Below the pieces are notes generated by a model. The model did not search any database. It worked only from the letters and a program-made list of their open reading frames with translations, and was not told where the DNA came from. A program made the position numbers and the translations under genes. From NCBI GenBank assembly GCA_040904505.1, contig JBBDTH010000018.1, forward strand, positions 1-56,744: a stretch of DNA of 56,744 nucleotides, read 5' to 3'. Shown piece after piece: positions 30,394 through 40,880 of this stretch. Within the stretch, counting starts at the first letter, position 1. Every line of letters starts with the position of its first letter. This DNA comes from Rhodospirillales bacterium (GTDB taxonomy: Bacteria > Pseudomonadota > Alphaproteobacteria > Rhodospirillales > CALINB01).

Positions 30394-31518
30394 TTATTCC
30401 GCCGCGGCCTTCCGGGAGGGTACGTCTTGTCGGTGCCCCGGCCATACCGCGTTCGGGATCATGACGTATCCCTCGAACAGGCGCCGGCAGGTCCGGATGA
30501 TGCCGACCCGTTTGACGTCGGGGAATGCGCCGGAGACTTCGAACTCGATGTTCACGTCGATCTTGCCGCTCGGGTGCTCGATGGTGATGATCTGTTTATC
30601 GGCGTTGCCGATTTTAGCGACGTCGTTCGCGACGGTGCCCGGCGTTACGGCCGCCGAGGCGACGCAGCAACTGCCGGTGACGGCAAAGGCGGCATGGCAG
30701 GTATAGGGCACGAAATACCGTGCCGTGATGCTGCCGCCGTTTTTCGGCGCGGTGACGATCCCGAATTTCGGAATGACTTTTCCGGTCGCGTCGCCGAGGC
30801 CCATCATGGGAGACGCTTTCTGACGGATGCTTTCGAGTTTCTCGTAGAAAGCCTTGTCGGCATCCAGTTCCGCTTTGCTTTCATACCCGGTCTTGCCCAT
30901 GGCCTCGGCCTTCACCAGCACCATCGGCATGGCCACGTCCACGCAGGATACTTCGATTCCGTCGATCATGTCCTTCGCGTTTCCCGTGGGAAGCATCGAG
31001 GAGCATTTCGAACCGGCGGCGTTCAGGAAATTCAAGGTTATCGGGGCGGCCGTGCCGGGAACGCCGTCGATGGACGCATCGCCGTCGTAAACGACTTCGC
31101 CGCCCGGGGTTTGAATGACGGCTTCGATCAGGGTTTGGGTGTTGACGTTGTATATCCGGATCGTGGTCTCGGGATCCCGTGCCTTGACGAGTCCGGCTTC
31201 GATGCCGAACGGCCCGACGCCCGAAAGCATGTTGCCGCAATTGGGGCTAGTATCGACGATAGGCTTATCGAAGGCGACTTGGGCGAACAGATAATCCACA
31301 TCCGCGTCCTCGCGGTCGGACAGGCTGACCATGGCGACCTTGCTGGTCAGCGGCGTCGCGCCGCCGATGCCGTCGGTCTGGAGGATGTCGGGCGAGCCCA
31401 TGGCGGCCAGCAACACGGTATCCCGGGTCGCCTCGTCGACCGGGAGATCGGAGCGCAGGAAAAAGGGCCCTTTCGACGTGCCGCCCCGCATCAGGACGCA
31501 GGGAATCCGGGTCTGCAT
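30394..31518 (-). CDS. PrpF family isomerase (4-oxalomesaconate tautomerase / 2-methylaconitate isomerase-like)
   Basis: MQTRIPCVLMRGGTSKGPFF ... DTSPNCGNMLSGVGPF ... AFAVTGS. Confidence 0.9.
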   Translation of the reverse strand: MQTRIPCVLMRGGTSKGPFFLRSDLPVDEATRDTVLLAAMGSPDILQTDGIGGATPLTSKVAMVSLSDREDADVDYLFAQVAFDKPIVDTSPNCGNMLSGVGPFGIEAGLVKARDPETTIRIYNVNTQTLIEAVIQTPGGEVVYDGDASIDGVPGTAAPITLNFLNAAGSKCSSMLPTGNAKDMIDGIEVSCVDVAMPMVLVKAEAMGKTGYESKAELDADKAFYEKLESIRQKASPMMGLGDATGKVIPKFGIVTAPKNGGSITARYFVPYTCHAAFAVTGSCCVASAAVTPGTVANDVAKIGNADKQIITIEHPSGKIDVNIEFEVSGAFPDVKRVGIIRTCRRLFEGYVMIPNAVWPGHRQDVPSRKAAAE

Positions 31519-31877
31519 GATTGTGTCCTTTCCTCAATGACGGTATTTGATGGTTGCTCACGTGCGGGTGACTATAAATCCCGGAATCGCCCGGGGCAAT
31601 TGTCCTTAACGCATTGTTTAAATTGAAGAACCGGGTCTTCCGCTTTCCGGAGAGCCCAAAGCGGGAAGGCCCATCGGTTTATTCCATGAACCGATGGGTG
31701 CGTTTCGAGATTGACGATTGTTTTCCCCGCGTTATAAAACCGCTGAAAACAAATTCCCCCGAACGAAATAAAAAAGCATTCGTTCACCGCGGCTGAAAAA
31801 ATAGGGTCGGTGCCTGGCCTTAGGGCGGGCGGCAGGGAGTTTGTCGCGATTTTTTAAACTCTGGAGGACTCTCTCTT

Positions 31878-33200
31878 ATGGCGGCTAAAACGACAGTGAT
31901 CAAAGGGGGCGCTTTAATCGACGGCAACGGCGGCCCCGTTGTCAAAAACCCCGTTATCGTCATTGAAGGCAAGAAGATCAAGGCGGTCGGGCCGGCAAGC
32001 AAGGTCAAGGCGCCAAAGGGAGCCGAGGTTATCAATGTCCCGAAAGCGACGTTGATGCCGGGCATGATGGATTTGCACATCCATTTGTGCATGTTCAACA
32101 ACCTGACCTTCAAAAACTACCGTGTCGCCCAATGGGAGGTAACCCCGCAACTTCAGCAGTTGTACGCCCTGTTCCATTCCCAGTTGTGCTTGGAGATGGG
32201 CTTCACGACGCTGCGCGATCTCGGCTTTATCACGCCGTGGGGTTTGGTGACGGAAGCCATGTGCGCGGTGCGGGACTCGATCGATAACGGCATCATGACC
32301 GGCCCGCGACTCAAGATCGGCGCCTTCGCGGTCGGCACGGGTTCGCACTTGGACCTGATCCTGCCGCGGGCGGCGGTGCGTAATCCGGCGGCCACGGCCG
32401 ACGGTGCCGATGCTCTGCGCGGCTTGGCCCGGAAAAACCTGCTTACCGGTTGCGATTGGATCAAAACCTGCGCGTCGGGCGGCGGCGGTACCGATAAGGA
32501 AGAACCGACGGTGCGCAACCACACCCAGGAAGAATTGAACGCCATCGTCGATGAAGCGCAAGCCGTCGAGCATTACTGCGCGATCCACTGCTTCACGCCG
32601 AACGCCCATCGCATGGCCCTCAAGGCAAAAACCGATACCATCGAGCATATGGTTTTCCATGACGACGACTCGATTGCCCGGATCGTCGATTCGCAAGTGC
32701 CGGTCACGCCGACCTTGGCGCACCGCACGGATCACGCCATCGATATCCGGCGTGAAATCGGTACCGCCGAATTCATCTTGAAGAAGATGAAACGGATTCA
32801 GCCGTATTGCTTCGAAACGTTCCAAACCATGTACGACGCCGGCGTGAATATCGCCATGGGCACCGATATGGGCTATGAGCCCGGTTTCGGCACCAATGCC
32901 TACGAACTCGAAGTGTACGTCGAGCTGGGCATGGACCCCATGCACGCCATCCAAACCGCGACCAAGAACGCGGCCGAGGCGCTGCATATGGAAGATGAGA
33001 TCGGCACGCTCGAAAAAGGCAAGTTGGCCGATATCGTCGTCGTCGACGGCGATCCCCTGAAGAACATCAAAATTCTGCAAGATCGCAAGAAGCTTCAGAT
33101 GGTTCTCAAGGAAGGCGAGGTCGTCGTCGATCGCCGCCCGGGCCACGATGTCCGCGTCATCCAGGCCGATTACAGAAGCTGGAGGATTGCCGATGCCTAA
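31878..33200 (+). CDS. amidohydrolase family metallo-hydrolase
   Basis: GGALIDGNG ... LMPGMMDLHIHL (HxH) and C-terminal GTLEKGKLADIVVVDGDPL. Confidence 0.88.
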   Translation: MAAKTTVIKGGALIDGNGGPVVKNPVIVIEGKKIKAVGPASKVKAPKGAEVINVPKATLMPGMMDLHIHLCMFNNLTFKNYRVAQWEVTPQLQQLYALFHSQLCLEMGFTTLRDLGFITPWGLVTEAMCAVRDSIDNGIMTGPRLKIGAFAVGTGSHLDLILPRAAVRNPAATADGADALRGLARKNLLTGCDWIKTCASGGGGTDKEEPTVRNHTQEELNAIVDEAQAVEHYCAIHCFTPNAHRMALKAKTDTIEHMVFHDDDSIARIVDSQVPVTPTLAHRTDHAIDIRREIGTAEFILKKMKRIQPYCFETFQTMYDAGVNIAMGTDMGYEPGFGTNAYELEVYVELGMDPMHAIQTATKNAAEALHMEDEIGTLEKGKLADIVVVDGDPLKNIKILQDRKKLQMVLKEGEVVVDRRPGHDVRVIQADYRSWRIADA

Positions 33201-33229
33201 AATCCTTTATGGATTTTAGAAATGGATCG

Positions 33230-33254
33230 CACAGCCCGGCACCGCCGGGCTGTG
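33230..33254 (+). other. intergenic 10-bp perfect hairpin between amidohydrolase and aldolase genes
   Basis: CACAGCCCGG-CACCG-CCGGGCTGTG. No U-tract. Confidence 0.4.
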
Positions 33255-33308
33255 CCGTATCCGGCAGGCCGATGGCGTCGAGACCGGGCAGACAGGTACA
33301 AAGCCGCG

Positions 33309-34073
33309 ATGGGAAATTTTCGGAACCGCTTTAAGGAACGCTTGCTCGGCGGCGATCGGCAGATCGGCCTGTGGAGCACCTTATGCAGCAATCTGGTTGC
33401 CGATGTGCTGTCGGACGCCGGATTCGATTGGGTCTGCATCGACATGGAGCATGCCCCGAACGAAGTCGGCACGGTTCTGGGCCAACTGCAAGCCTTGGCG
33501 CAGCACGATTGCGCCGCGATCGTGCGCCCGCCCTGGCGCGATCCGGTGGCGGTCAAGCGGCTGTTGGATGTCGGGGCGCAATCGATCCTGTTTCCGATGG
33601 TGGAAACGGCCGAACAGGCGGAGCGCGCCGTTGCCTCGACCCGGTATCCGCCGCAAGGCATTCGGGGCGTTTCCTTGATGCAGCGGGGCAATCGCTTCGG
33701 GCGGGACGCCGATTATGCCCATGAGGCGGACGGCCAAATCTGCCGGCTGGTGCAGATCGAGTCCGTTAAGGGCCTGAACAATATCGAAGAAATTGCGGCC
33801 GTCGAGGGAGTCGACGGCTTCTTTTTCGGCCCGGCGGATCTTTCCGCCGAAATGGGGTTGATCGGACAGATGACGCACCCGGACGTCCTGAAGGCGCTCG
33901 ATGTCGGCTTGGAGAAATGTATAAAGGCCGAAAAACCGGCGGGCATTTTATGGGGCGCCGACGATTTGATCCGGCAAAGTTTGGACAAAGGATACGCTTA
34001 TGTTGCCGTCGGCGCCGATCTCGCGATTCTTGCCCGCGAGACGGCGGCGCTTGCAAAAAAGTATAAGGCTTAA
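33309..34073 (+). CDS. HpcH/HpaI family class II aldolase
   Basis: GLWSTLCSNLVADVLSDAGFDWVCIDMEHAPN ... RYPPQGIRG ... VDGFFFGPADLS. Start at ATG 33309. Confidence 0.9.
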   Translation: MGNFRNRFKERLLGGDRQIGLWSTLCSNLVADVLSDAGFDWVCIDMEHAPNEVGTVLGQLQALAQHDCAAIVRPPWRDPVAVKRLLDVGAQSILFPMVETAEQAERAVASTRYPPQGIRGVSLMQRGNRFGRDADYAHEADGQICRLVQIESVKGLNNIEEIAAVEGVDGFFFGPADLSAEMGLIGQMTHPDVLKALDVGLEKCIKAEKPAGILWGADDLIRQSLDKGYAYVAVGADLAILARETAALAKKYKA

Positions 34074-34136
34074 CACAATCGGATTTTCGCCGGCCAATCG
34101 TGCGAAACAACGGCTTCTTAACGCGAGGGAGGAATA

Positions 34137-34586
34137 ATGTCTGACTCTAAAGCGAAAAATGAATTCGGCATAAAAGCGGACGTCACGAACTGCCTGTTCG
34201 ACTTTGCCGGTCTGGCGCAACACGCGATCGGCGATCATTACTCGACCGCCCGGGGCGGGATCGTCGAGGGCGATAGAATTCAGGTCGCCTTGGTGCGGAA
34301 AAAACCGGGGACGGGGTCCCGGCTTCATACGCATCCGAACGAACAATTCAACTATGTTCTGAAAGGCAATCTCAAGGTCCGTGTCGGCGATGTCGAGAGC
34401 GTCGCGCCGCCGGGAACGCTGATCTTCATTCCGGCCAACACGCCGCATTATACGGTCGCATCGGATGACGGCGACGTCGAGTATTTCGCCGTGAAGGATA
34501 CGTCGCACATCATGTACGGCGACCCGGTCGACGGCAAAAATACCGGTGCGCATTACGATCCCGGCTTCGAGCCCGATAAGAAATAA
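34137..34586 (+). CDS. cupin domain protein (149 aa)
   Basis: GTGSRLHTHPNEQFNYVLKG ... GTLIFIPANTPHYT. Confidence 0.8.
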   Translation: MSDSKAKNEFGIKADVTNCLFDFAGLAQHAIGDHYSTARGGIVEGDRIQVALVRKKPGTGSRLHTHPNEQFNYVLKGNLKVRVGDVESVAPPGTLIFIPANTPHYTVASDDGDVEYFAVKDTSHIMYGDPVDGKNTGAHYDPGFEPDKK

Positions 34587-34597
34587 GGCCGTTCACC

Positions 34598-34981
34598 ATG
34601 CCGCCGAAAAACGAAAGCAGCATCAAGGCGAACAGGGATCGTTGCCTGTTCGACATGGCCGGTTTTCACGCCGCCACCGGGCGCGGCGGTATCATCGAGG
34701 GGGATAAGGTCCAAGCATCCACGGTCCGCAAAAAACCGGGGGCCGGCCCGCGGCTCCACACGCATGCCAACGAACAGTTCAATTACGTGCTCAAAGGGAC
34801 GCTGCGCGTGAAAATCGGCGAGCACCCCGAAAGTCTGGCCGGGCCCGGCACGCTCGTTTATATCCCCGCCAACGTTCCCCATTACACCATCGCCACGGAA
34901 GACGGCGAGGTCGAGTATTTCGTCGTGAAGGATACCTCCGACAGGATGCACGGCGACTATGCCGCCACGGACGAAAAATAA
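34598..34981 (+). CDS. cupin domain protein (127 aa), tandem paralog
   Basis: GAGPRLHTHANEQFNYVLKG ... GTLVYIPANVPHYT. Confidence 0.8.
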   Translation: MPPKNESSIKANRDRCLFDMAGFHAATGRGGIIEGDKVQASTVRKKPGAGPRLHTHANEQFNYVLKGTLRVKIGEHPESLAGPGTLVYIPANVPHYTIATEDGEVEYFVVKDTSDRMHGDYAATDEK

Positions 34982-35018
34982 CCCGTTCTTGTAACACCTT
35001 AGAAAATAGAGTGAATTC

Positions 35019-35981
35019 ATGAAAAAAGTTCTCGTCCTCGGCAAAATTCACGATGCCGGGCTGCAAATTCTGCGCGATGCGGCCGATGTCGATTTCACGG
35101 AATTGGCGGAACACGTGCCGGAGATATTCGATCATTTGCCCGACACGGACGCGATCATCGTACGGATGACGAAGATCGACCGAAAAGTCATCGACGCGGC
35201 GCCGAAACTGCAGCTCGTCGCCCGTCACGGTGTCGGCTACGAAGCCGTCGATGTGGCGGCCTTGACCGCGCGGAAAATCCCCTTGGCCCTTGTCGGGAAC
35301 GTAAACGCCACGGCGGTCGCCGAACATACCTTGGCCATGATGCTGGCGATGGCGAAGAAGCTCGTGCCCTACGACCGCGCAACCCGAAACGGCAACTTCA
35401 AGATCAGGGATTCGTTTTCGCAAACGGAACTTTTGAAAAAAACCGTTCTCGTCGCCGGTTTCGGGCGGATCGGCCGGGAAGTGGCGCAACGCTGCGCGGC
35501 GTTCGGGATGACGGTGGTGATCGCCGATCCGTTCGTGCCCGCCGAGGCGATCGAGAAAGCGGGCTACCGGTCGGTCGAGAATTTCCGCGCCGCGTTACCG
35601 CAGGCGGATTACGTTTCGATCCATGTGCCGAAAACGCCCGAAACCGAGAACCTGATCACCGCGAAGGAAATCGCGACCATGAAGGACGGCGCGTTCATCG
35701 TGAACGTATCGCGCGGCGGCATGGTGAACGAACATGATCTTTGCCGGGCATTGTCCTCGGGCAAGCTTGCCGCGGCGGCTTTGGATGTGTTCGAGCCGGA
35801 GCCGCCGAAGCCGGACAATCCGTTGTTCAAGCTCGATAATCTGGTGGTGTCGCCGCATTGCGGCGCGTTCACGGTCGAGTGCGGTCAACGCATGGCGGAA
35901 GTGTGCGCGCGCAACGTCCTGGCCGTGTTTGGCGGCACGCTCGATCCGGCCCTGGTCGTGAATAAGGAAGTCTTGAAATAA
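35019..35981 (+). CDS. D-isomer-specific 2-hydroxyacid dehydrogenase (PGDH-like)
   Basis: NAD-binding VLVAGFGRIGREVA, RGG in FIVNVSRGGMV, and catalytic His in SPHCG. Confidence 0.92.
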   Translation: MKKVLVLGKIHDAGLQILRDAADVDFTELAEHVPEIFDHLPDTDAIIVRMTKIDRKVIDAAPKLQLVARHGVGYEAVDVAALTARKIPLALVGNVNATAVAEHTLAMMLAMAKKLVPYDRATRNGNFKIRDSFSQTELLKKTVLVAGFGRIGREVAQRCAAFGMTVVIADPFVPAEAIEKAGYRSVENFRAALPQADYVSIHVPKTPETENLITAKEIATMKDGAFIVNVSRGGMVNEHDLCRALSSGKLAAAALDVFEPEPPKPDNPLFKLDNLVVSPHCGAFTVECGQRMAEVCARNVLAVFGGTLDPALVVNKEVLK

Positions 35982-36007
35982 CGCCGACCGTCGGCCGGGA
36001 AAAAGAA

Positions 36008-36042
36008 AAGGCCGTGGAGAAAACGCCACGGCCTTGATTTTT
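36008..36042. terminator. bidirectional rho-independent terminator between convergent genes
   Basis: AAGGCCGTGG-AGAAAACG-CCACGGCCTT is followed by GATTTTT on the plus strand. The complement of the preceding GGGAAAAAGAAAAGG gives a T-rich tail on the minus strand. Confidence 0.7.
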
Positions 36043-36080
36043 GAAGGCGAACGATACGGGCCTTCGGCTCAAGTGGTTCG

Positions 36081-37856
36081 TTAAGCCACTTTCTGAGGCT
36101 TCATATCCGCCGGATCGATGCCGGCGACCGGGACCGGCTTCTTCATCGCATCGCGCCGGAAGGGCTCGCCGAGTTCCTGATTGAGGATGACCTCGAGGAA
36201 CGTCGTTTCCTTCTTCTTCATTTGCGCGTCGATGGCTTTGGAGAGTTCCTCGGTCAGCTCCTGCATGGTCGTAACCTGAACGCCCTTGACGCCGCACGCC
36301 TCGGCGATCTTCGCGTATTCGACGTCCAGATCGAGCTCCGTGCCGACGAAATTGTCGTCGAACCACAATGTGGTGTTCCGCTTCTCGGCGCCCCATTGGT
36401 AATTGCGGAAAATGATCATGGTGATCGGCGGCCAATCGTCGCGGCCGCACGCCGTCATTTCATTCATGGAAATGCCGAACGCGCCGTCGCCCGCGAAGCC
36501 GACGACCGGGATGTCCGGGCAGGCGATCTTGGCGCCGAGAATGGCCGGGAACCCGTAACCGCAAGGGCCGAACAGCCCCGGCGCAAGATATTTTCGCCCC
36601 TGTTCGAAGGTCGGATAGGCATTGCCGATGGCGCAGTTGTTGCCGATGTCCGAGGAAATGATGGCCTCCTTCGGCAACGCCGCCTGGATGGCGCGCCAGG
36701 CCATGCGCGCCGACATGCGGTCCGGCTCGCGCTTGCGGCACCGCTCGTTCCAGGTCGTGCCCGGATCGTCTTCCTCGTGGTCCATGGAGGACAGTTGCTG
36801 CAGCCACGCGGATCGGGTCTGGTGAATAAGCGCCTCGCGCTTGTCTTTTCCCTTGCCGGCATCGGCCGTGAGGTTTTCGAGCAGTTGTTCCGCCACCAGT
36901 TTCGCGTCGCCCTGGATGGCGACGGCGACCTTTTTGGTCAGGCCGATCCGATCGGCGTTGATGTCGACCTGGATGACCTTGGCGTTCTTCGGCCAGTAAT
37001 CGATGCCGTAGCCGGGCAGGGTCGAGAAAGGATTGAGACGCGTGCCGAGAGCCAGGACGACGTCCGCTTTCGAGATGAGTTCCATCGCCGCTTTCGAGCC
37101 GTTGTAGCCGAGCGGGCCGACGGCAAGCGGGTGGCTGCCGGGAAAGGCGTCGTTGTGTTGATAGCCGCAGCAGACCGGCGCACCAAGTTTTTCGGCCAAG
37201 GCCGCGGAAGCCGGCATGGCGTTGCTCAACACGACGCCGGCGCCGTTCAAGATCACCGGGAAATCGGCTTCCGAGAGAAGCTTCGCGGCCTCGCGGATCG
37301 CTTCGCGCCCGCCCGCGGGGCGTTCGATCTTGATCGCCTGGGGCAGTTCGATGTCGACCACTTGCGTCCAGAAATCCCGCGGGACGTTGATCTGCGCCGG
37401 CGCACTGCCGCGCCAGGCTTTTTCGATGACCCGATTCAGCACCTCGGCGATTCGCGAGGGGTCGAGCACTTCTTCCTGGTAGCAGACCATGTCCTTGAAG
37501 ACGGCCATCTGCGGAATTTCCTGAAACCCGCCTTGGCCCATTGTCTTATTGGCCGCTTGCGGCGTCACCAGCAGCAGCGGGGTATGGTTCCAGTAGGCCG
37601 TCTTCACGGGCGTCACGAAGTTCGTGATGCCGGGGCCGTTCTGGGCGATCATCATGCTCATCTTGCCGCTCGAGCGCGTGAAGCCGTCAGCCATCATGCC
37701 CGCGTTGCATTCATGCGCACAGTCCCAGAACTTGATGCCGGCTTTCGGAAACAGATCGGAGACCGGCATCATGGCCGAGCCGATAATTCCGAAAGCGTGC
37801 TGAATGCCGTGCCTTTGCAGTACTTTTACAAAGGCTTCCTCGGTCGTCATTTTCAT
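36081..37856 (-). CDS. xsc: sulfoacetaldehyde acetyltransferase (ThDP-dependent)
   Basis: 591 aa. The N-terminus MKMTTEEAFVKVLQRHGIQHAFGIIGSAMMPVSDLFPKAGIKFWDCAHECNAGMMADGF matches my memory of alphaproteobacterial Xsc. ThDP motif GDGAFGISMNEM. Confidence 0.8.
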   Translation of the reverse strand: MKMTTEEAFVKVLQRHGIQHAFGIIGSAMMPVSDLFPKAGIKFWDCAHECNAGMMADGFTRSSGKMSMMIAQNGPGITNFVTPVKTAYWNHTPLLLVTPQAANKTMGQGGFQEIPQMAVFKDMVCYQEEVLDPSRIAEVLNRVIEKAWRGSAPAQINVPRDFWTQVVDIELPQAIKIERPAGGREAIREAAKLLSEADFPVILNGAGVVLSNAMPASAALAEKLGAPVCCGYQHNDAFPGSHPLAVGPLGYNGSKAAMELISKADVVLALGTRLNPFSTLPGYGIDYWPKNAKVIQVDINADRIGLTKKVAVAIQGDAKLVAEQLLENLTADAGKGKDKREALIHQTRSAWLQQLSSMDHEEDDPGTTWNERCRKREPDRMSARMAWRAIQAALPKEAIISSDIGNNCAIGNAYPTFEQGRKYLAPGLFGPCGYGFPAILGAKIACPDIPVVGFAGDGAFGISMNEMTACGRDDWPPITMIIFRNYQWGAEKRNTTLWFDDNFVGTELDLDVEYAKIAEACGVKGVQVTTMQELTEELSKAIDAQMKKKETTFLEVILNQELGEPFRRDAMKKPVPVAGIDPADMKPQKVA

Positions 37857-37912
37857 TGCGTGATTCCCTCGTTTTTTCTGTCGGTAAATTGGAGCCGCGA
37901 GACGAATAGGAG

Positions 37913-38686
37913 CTAACTGATCGCCACTTTTTGAAGATGCCCATACCCCAGATCCTGGCTTATGCCGTCGGCGGTCTTCATGACCAGGGGCGCGATCTTG
38001 ACGAGTTCCTGTTCCATAAGGCGGGTTTGCGGACCGCGCACAACGACGGTCGCGACAATATTGCTGTCGGCATCGAATACCGGCGCCGAGATCGCCGAGC
38101 TTCCGGGAGTGACGTCGCCGATGCTGTACGCGAAGCCTTGTTTACGAACCTCTTCCAATTGGGCGAGATAGGTTTTTCGCTCGATCGGCCGCCCCGGCAC
38201 GACGGACCGGAGACCGGTGATTTTGATGATTCGTTCGCGTTCCGATTCGTGGGTGAAGGCCATAAGAACCCGGCCCGAAGCGCCGGCATAAATCGGCACG
38301 GCGCTGCCGATAGACGGCACGATGCAAAGCTCGTGGGTGGCGGCCAAGGCATCGATCGTCACGCGTTCGGTGCCGCGAGGGCAAACCAGGCAAACGGATT
38401 CCTGAACTTGGCGCAGCAGGGATTCGAGGTGAGGGCGGCTGATATGGCGCAGATCGCTTCGCCAGGAACTGTATAATCTGGAAACGTTGGCGCCCGGCAT
38501 ATACCGGCGCGTGATCGGATCCTGTTGGACCAGCTTGGCATGCGCCAGCGTCGACAACAGGCGCAACGCCGTCGCTTTATCCAGGCCGATCGCCCGGCTG
38601 ATTTCGGAAAGCCCCATGGGCCGGTCGCTTTGGACGACCAGAAACAGAATGGCGATAGCGCGTTCTACGGAACGAACCGGTTTCAT
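37913..38686 (-). CDS. IclR family transcriptional regulator
   Basis: The wHTH SVERAIAILFLV...MGLSEISRAIGLDKATALRLLSTL plus an IclR effector domain. Confidence 0.92.
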   Translation of the reverse strand: MKPVRSVERAIAILFLVVQSDRPMGLSEISRAIGLDKATALRLLSTLAHAKLVQQDPITRRYMPGANVSRLYSSWRSDLRHISRPHLESLLRQVQESVCLVCPRGTERVTIDALAATHELCIVPSIGSAVPIYAGASGRVLMAFTHESERERIIKITGLRSVVPGRPIERKTYLAQLEEVRKQGFAYSIGDVTPGSSAISAPVFDADSNIVATVVVRGPQTRLMEQELVKIAPLVMKTADGISQDLGYGHLQKVAIS

Positions 38687-39111
38687 CCGGTTGGTACCTC
38701 CAGTTGGGTTCCCCGGGATTAGGGATCATTACGGGCCAATTTTTAGGATGGCGGTTTATGTGACGCCATCCCTTGGAGTTGGCCGTAACTATAAACAATG
38801 GGTCCTTCTGCCGCAACGGCCAACGGGCCGAAAAATGGGAAAAACCCGGGGCTTTCAGAGCTATATTTAGGGGACGATCCGAAGCGATCCCACCAGGCCC
38901 GCGCGGGACGCACGTCTGCGTTTTGCCGATAATCGCCTTAAATGAGCTTATATCGAGATAAAAAATAAGGTTTTCGGTCAAAAAAAATCACCCGTGTTTA
39001 AGATGGTTACGGCGGTTGCGTACGCTCTATTGTCTCCGGGTTCTCGAAAGCATTATGGTGCCGGTCTCACAGTGAGCCATCGGACCCGATGGCGACATCC
39101 AAACAATCGAA

Positions 39112-40866
39112 GTGAAACCCGCACAGATCATGCCGTCAAAAAAACCCGTTAAACGTCCCGAGGATTTAAGAAGCCACCGCTGGTTCGGCGCTACGGATTT
39201 GCGGTCTTTCGCGCATCGAGCCCGCATGAAACAGATCGGTCACGACCGCGAAGATTTCGTCGGCAAGCCGGTGATCGCGGTTATCAATACCTGGAGCGAC
39301 ATCAATCCTTGCCACACGCATCTCCGGCAACGGGCCGAAGAGGTCAAGCGCGGGATTTTGCAAGCCGGCGGGCTTCCGTTGGAACTGCCGGCGATATCGC
39401 TTTCGGAGCCGTTCGTTAAACCGACGACGATGCTGTATCGCAACTTTCTGGCGATGGAAACCGAAGAGCTTATCCGTTCGCATCCCGTTGACGGGGCCGT
39501 TTTGCTCGGCGGCTGCGATAAGACGACGCCCGGACTCGTCATGGGGGCGACCAGCGCCGGACTTCCGGCGATTTTCGTGCCGGCGGGCCCGATGCTCGGC
39601 GGCCAATGGCGCGGCGAAGCCCTGGGCATGGGCACGAGTACCTGGAAATATTGGGCCGAACTGCGCGCGGGCAATATCACCGAGCAGGATTGGGAAGAGA
39701 TCGAAAGCGGAATCGCGCGCTCCTATGGCCACTGCCAGGTGATGGGGACCGCGTCGACGATGACCGCTGTCACCGAAGCGCTGGGCATGACGTTACCGGG
39801 CGCCGCCGCAATCCCCGCGCCGGATTCCAATCACAAACGCATGGCCAAGGAATCGGGCCGGCGGATCGTCGGCATGGTTTGGGAGGATTTGAAGCCGAGC
39901 GATATCCTGACTCAAGATGCCTTCGATAATGCCATCACGGTGCATATGGCCATCGGCGGTTCGACCAACGCGATCATTCACGTCGTGGCGATGGCGCGCC
40001 GCGCGGGGGTGCAATTATCCTTACGCCGCTTCGACGAGATTTCCCGGACCACGCCGGTCATAGCGAACGTCAAACCGTCCGGTGAGTATCTGATGGAAGA
40101 GTTTTATTACGCGGGCGGCGTTCCGGCGGTTCTTTCGGAAATAAAGGATATGCTGAAGCTCGATTGCCTGACGGTGACCGGGCAAACGTTGGGGGAAACG
40201 ATCGCGAAGGCACGGGTTCATCGCCCGGATGTGATTTATCCTTTGAAGAAGCCGATTTATGCCGAAGGCGCCACGGCCGTGTTGTACGGCAATTTGGCGC
40301 CGGACGGATGCGTCATGAAACCGGCGGCGGCCGATCCGAAATTTCTGAAGCATCGCGGACCGGCCGTCGTGTTTCGCGATTACAATCACATGGCGGCGGA
40401 GATCGATCGGGACGATCTCGACGTCACGATCAATTCGATCCTGGTGCTGCAAAACGCCGGTCCGCAAGGCGGGCCGGGCATGCCGGAATGGGGCATGTTG
40501 CCGATCCCGAAGAAGCTCCTGAAAGAAGGCGTGCGCGACATGTTGCGGCTGTCGGACGCGCGCATGAGCGGCACCAGTTACGGTGCCTGTATCCTGCATG
40601 TGGCGCCGGAATCGTTTATCGGCGGCCCGCTGGCATTCGTCGAAACCGGCGATATCATCGACGTCGACGTCGAGGCACGGCGCATTCATCTCGATGTCCC
40701 GGAGGACGAATTGGAATCCCGGCGTGCCCGATGGAAACCGGCGGCGCCTCGGTATGAACGCGGCTACACGAAGATGTTCCTCGATCATATCGGCCAGGCC
40801 GATCAAGGCTGCGATTTCGATTATCTCGAAGCCGGTGCGCCCACGCCCGAGCCCGAAATTCACTAA
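39112..40866 (+). CDS. IlvD/Edd family dehydratase (sugar-acid dehydratase-like)
   Basis: LRSHRWFG ... NTWSDINPCHTHL ... GGCDKTTPG ... SYGHCQVMGTASTM. Start is uncertain: GTG 39112 or ATG 39130. Confidence 0.9.
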   Translation: MKPAQIMPSKKPVKRPEDLRSHRWFGATDLRSFAHRARMKQIGHDREDFVGKPVIAVINTWSDINPCHTHLRQRAEEVKRGILQAGGLPLELPAISLSEPFVKPTTMLYRNFLAMETEELIRSHPVDGAVLLGGCDKTTPGLVMGATSAGLPAIFVPAGPMLGGQWRGEALGMGTSTWKYWAELRAGNITEQDWEEIESGIARSYGHCQVMGTASTMTAVTEALGMTLPGAAAIPAPDSNHKRMAKESGRRIVGMVWEDLKPSDILTQDAFDNAITVHMAIGGSTNAIIHVVAMARRAGVQLSLRRFDEISRTTPVIANVKPSGEYLMEEFYYAGGVPAVLSEIKDMLKLDCLTVTGQTLGETIAKARVHRPDVIYPLKKPIYAEGATAVLYGNLAPDGCVMKPAAADPKFLKHRGPAVVFRDYNHMAAEIDRDDLDVTINSILVLQNAGPQGGPGMPEWGMLPIPKKLLKEGVRDMLRLSDARMSGTSYGACILHVAPESFIGGPLAFVETGDIIDVDVEARRIHLDVPEDELESRRARWKPAAPRYERGYTKMFLDHIGQADQGCDFDYLEAGAPTPEPEIH

Positions 40867-40880
40867 AACCGGAAAGTTTT

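Noticed and set aside
31914-33146. 410-aa minus-strand ORF antisense to the amidohydrolase gene
   Set aside because: It is a shadow ORF. The plus strand carries the HxH metal motif and a good RBS.
36222-37916. 564-aa plus-strand ORF antisense to xsc
   Set aside because: It has no recognisable motifs and an Arg/Gly/Asp-rich composition, while the opposite strand encodes a full-length ThDP enzyme.
38577-38981. 134-aa minus-strand ORF in the iclR / ilvD-like intergenic region
   Set aside because: It overlaps the iclR 5' end, has poor composition and no RBS. The region is better read as a long divergent promoter, and it contains an 8-bp inverted repeat GGATGGCG-N10-CGCCATCC at 38746-38771.
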